This document shows, one piece after another, positions 56,870-58,764 of a DNA stretch of 58,764 nucleotides (positions within the stretch are counted from its first letter, which is position 1; every line of letters begins with the position of its first letter). Both the position numbers and the translations under genes were made by a program. The notes under the pieces are model-generated. The model worked only from the letters and a program-made list of their open reading frames with translations. It ran no database searches and had not been told where the DNA came from. Origin of the DNA: Candidatus Berkelbacteria bacterium (GTDB lineage Bacteria; Patescibacteriota; UBA1384; JACPKC01); contig JACQIO010000013.1 in NCBI GenBank assembly GCA_016198415.1, forward strand, positions 1 through 58,764. Direction: 5' to 3'.

Positions 56870-57404
56870 GGCGTAACCGCCACTTGACCGTCAGAGAGGC
56901 CACTGCCCACACAAGCCCCAGTGCAATGAGGTACCACCCCAGCATCTGCTCTGGTGTCCAGGCTTGCCGCCCGGCCGCCCCCAGGATGAGTGTGGTGTAC
57001 CAGCTGGTGACTGAGAGCGCCCCCGGGAAGACACCAGCCAAGACCAGCGTCCGTAACTTGGGCGTCCGATCCTGCCAGTCAGCTTTGGTCAGGGCGTCAA
57101 TGCGTGGCAGCAGGAAGCGCCCCATCAGCACCCCGTTGATCGTCAGAACGGCTACGAGGAACAGCTTTGTGAGGACCTTCTCACTCTGCATCACCCAACT
57201 GGTACTCAGGGCCATATAGAGAGCGGAGCCAAGAATGAGCACCAGTCCCAACCAGACGAGGAGCGTGTAGGCCCGAGCGCTCTTTTGGTAGGCGACCCCG
57301 ATGTCCCCATCGCCAATGGCCCGTACGAGCGTCAGATCGTTGATCGTCACGGCCCCAGCTCCGAGCACCGTCCCAATCACGTGCAGAATGATAGCGATCG
57401 TCAT
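56859..57404 (-). CDS. Hypothetical polytopic membrane protein, translationally coupled to ndh
   Basis: About 5 TM helices. ATGA overlap with the ndh stop. 3' end overlaps the rpsJ 3' end by 11 nt. Confidence 0.55.
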   Translation of the reverse strand: MTIAIILHVIGTVLGAGAVTINDLTLVRAIGDGDIGVAYQKSARAYTLLVWLGLVLILGSALYMALSTSWVMQSEKVLTKLFLVAVLTINGVLMGRFLLPRIDALTKADWQDRTPKLRTLVLAGVFPGALSVTSWYTTLILGAAGRQAWTPEQMLGWYLIALGLVWAVASLTVKWRLRPRS

Positions 57405-58621
57405 GCATGCCTTTCTTCGTCTCTACGGTACCACCGGCGAACTGCCTCTGAGAAGGGGAGGATCCAGAGGAAGTAGCGAAGGTGAACGAGTCGGAGGAGC
57501 CAGTAGGCGAGGTGGCCAACGAGTGGTCGGCCAATCGTAGAAACGGCCCAGTGACCGCGGACCGGCACAATGAAGCCAGGATGATCAATCACCAATGGCA
57601 CGAGTGGCTGCCCGCGAATGTGACGGATAAGGTTCGCTGCTGCTGCCGAACCCTGGGCGTAGGCATTCTGGATAGTCAGAGGACACTCTGTCTTGGATCG
57701 TCCTCCGCTTGGCCCGGCGTTGTCGCCAATCGCAAACACGTCCGGATCGTTGGGTAGCTGGAGCATCCGATTGACCGGGATGCGCCCACCGTCTCCGAGC
57801 AGATCGGCTCCAACCCTGGGGTTCGTACGCACGCCACCGGTCCAGATGAAGACAGGAGACTGGTGAGTGTCGCCGCTCGTGAGGGTCACGGTGTGGGCGG
57901 TGACGGATGCAATCCGGCTCTGAAGCAAGATTTCAATCCGTCGGTACTGACCAAGCCGGACGTGTGCCGCCCGGGAGACCCAGTCTGGGAAACCGGGGAG
58001 GAGACGGTCCTCTGCCTCGACCAGTTTCACCACAAAGCGACCCTCCCCATCGCCCAAGCGCTGGGCGAGGTGCTTGAGGTGACGGTGGACCTCCCCAGTC
58101 AGCTCAACCCCAGTCGTCCCCGCCCCTCCAATCACCACCTGAAACAGTGCGGTGGGCTGAGCGCTGGCCAGGAAGTCACGGTACTGCGCCTCAGTTTCGG
58201 CCCGGATTCGCTCCGCATCCGCGTAGGTTTTGAGTGGGAGCGCATGCGCAGCGATCCCCGGGATTCCGCAGTCATTCGAGACGCTGCCAAGCGCCACCAC
58301 GAGGTAGGCGTAGGTAAGGTTCACTCGGTTCGTCAGGCGGATCTGGTGTCTGGTTCGATCAATCGTTTGGACCTCGCCATGCACCAAGTCAACGGGCCAG
58401 CCGTGGAAGATCGAGGCAAGCGGGATTTTTAATCCATGGACTGGCGATCCAGTACTCGCCCGCTCGTAGAGCCATGGGGTGAAGAGGTGGTACGTGTTCC
58501 GGTCGACGAGGACAATCCGGTGGTCAGCCAACTCGTCCTGCCGGGCCGCCAGATCGAGGGCCGCCCGAACCCCCGCAAACCCAGCCCCCAGAATGACGAT
58601 GTTCTTTGGTGCGTCGGTCAT
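57401..58621 (-). CDS. ndh: Type II NADH dehydrogenase-like FAD/NAD(P) oxidoreductase
   Basis: Two Rossmann dinucleotide motifs (IVILGAGFAGV; VVIGGAGTTGVE) and FAIGDNA. Confidence 0.8.
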   Translation of the reverse strand: MTDAPKNIVILGAGFAGVRAALDLAARQDELADHRIVLVDRNTYHLFTPWLYERASTGSPVHGLKIPLASIFHGWPVDLVHGEVQTIDRTRHQIRLTNRVNLTYAYLVVALGSVSNDCGIPGIAAHALPLKTYADAERIRAETEAQYRDFLASAQPTALFQVVIGGAGTTGVELTGEVHRHLKHLAQRLGDGEGRFVVKLVEAEDRLLPGFPDWVSRAAHVRLGQYRRIEILLQSRIASVTAHTVTLTSGDTHQSPVFIWTGGVRTNPRVGADLLGDGGRIPVNRMLQLPNDPDVFAIGDNAGPSGGRSKTECPLTIQNAYAQGSAAAANLIRHIRGQPLVPLVIDHPGFIVPVRGHWAVSTIGRPLVGHLAYWLLRLVHLRYFLWILPFSEAVRRWYRRDEERHA

Positions 58622-58647
58622 AGACTCAGTCTAGCAAAGTGACTCCC

Positions 58648-58676
58648 TTGTCGGAGTCGTTTGGGAAGGGTACAAT
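58648..58676 (+). promoter_or_regulatory. Candidate tRNA-Ala promoter
   Basis: TTGTCG (58648-53), 17 nt spacer, TACAAT (58671-76). The tRNA starts at 58688. Confidence 0.45.
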
Positions 58677-58687
58677 CTCGGCCATCC

Positions 58688-58763
58688 GGGCCTGTAGCTC
58701 ACTTGGTAGAGCGCTTCCATGGCATGGAAGAGGTACGGGGTTCGAATCCCCGCAGGTCCACCA
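58688..58763 (+). tRNA. tRNA-Ala (anticodon GGC), CCA encoded
   Basis: GGGCCTG/CAGGTCC acceptor stem with the G3:U70 Ala identity pair. Anticodon loop ATGGCAT; GGTTCGAATCC T-loop. Confidence 0.92.
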
Positions 58764-58764
58764 A

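Overview
High-GC (about 60% by eye) bacterial chromosomal segment, densely packed with housekeeping genes. I worked from manual reading and motif recognition only; no homology search, folding or statistics was possible.

Gene content in order:
- smpB, then a dTTP-synthesis cluster (tmk-dcd-dut convergent with thyA-orf-folA).
- thrS behind a T-box-like leader, then rplY.
- A minus-strand block: rpsP, KH protein, trmD, def-fmt, a glycosyltransferase, a priA-like gene, lepB and tRNA-Val.
- lspA, a NUDIX hydrolase, infC-rpmI-rplT, a DAG-kinase-like protein, bactofilin and uvrA.
- A pilin-like membrane protein, RNase P RNA and tRNA-Gln.
- A small accessory patch: LysE exporter, cupin and three hypotheticals.
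- An envelope-glycan cluster: sugar transferase, GT4, Wzz-like protein, DUF4012.
- gyrB-gyrA, hicBA, infB, cdaA-cdaR, an M23/LysM peptidase and obg.
- rpoB-rpoC, rpsL-rpsG-fusA-tuf-rpsJ, then an ndh operon and tRNA-Ala.

I saw no CRISPR array, transposase, integrase or recognisable defence system other than hicBA.

Observations most worth a second look:
1. A single in-frame TAA sits inside rpoC, two codons before the catalytic NADFDGDQM motif.
2. A frameshifted second copy of the trmD 3' end lies about 1 kb from the intact trmD. The two copies bracket a gene with nearly saturated GC3, and two opposite-strand unknown genes are each followed by a similar hairpin and a trmD 3' end. This looks like a tandem or xenologous module.
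3. The thrS leader is T-box-like, with a very short Stem I and an ACC specifier.
4. Many genes have a TATACT-type -10 box only 6-10 nt from the start codon, implying leaderless mRNAs.

Gene content would fit a reduced-genome lineage such as Patescibacteria/CPR or another high-GC lineage, but I cannot decide this from sequence alone.
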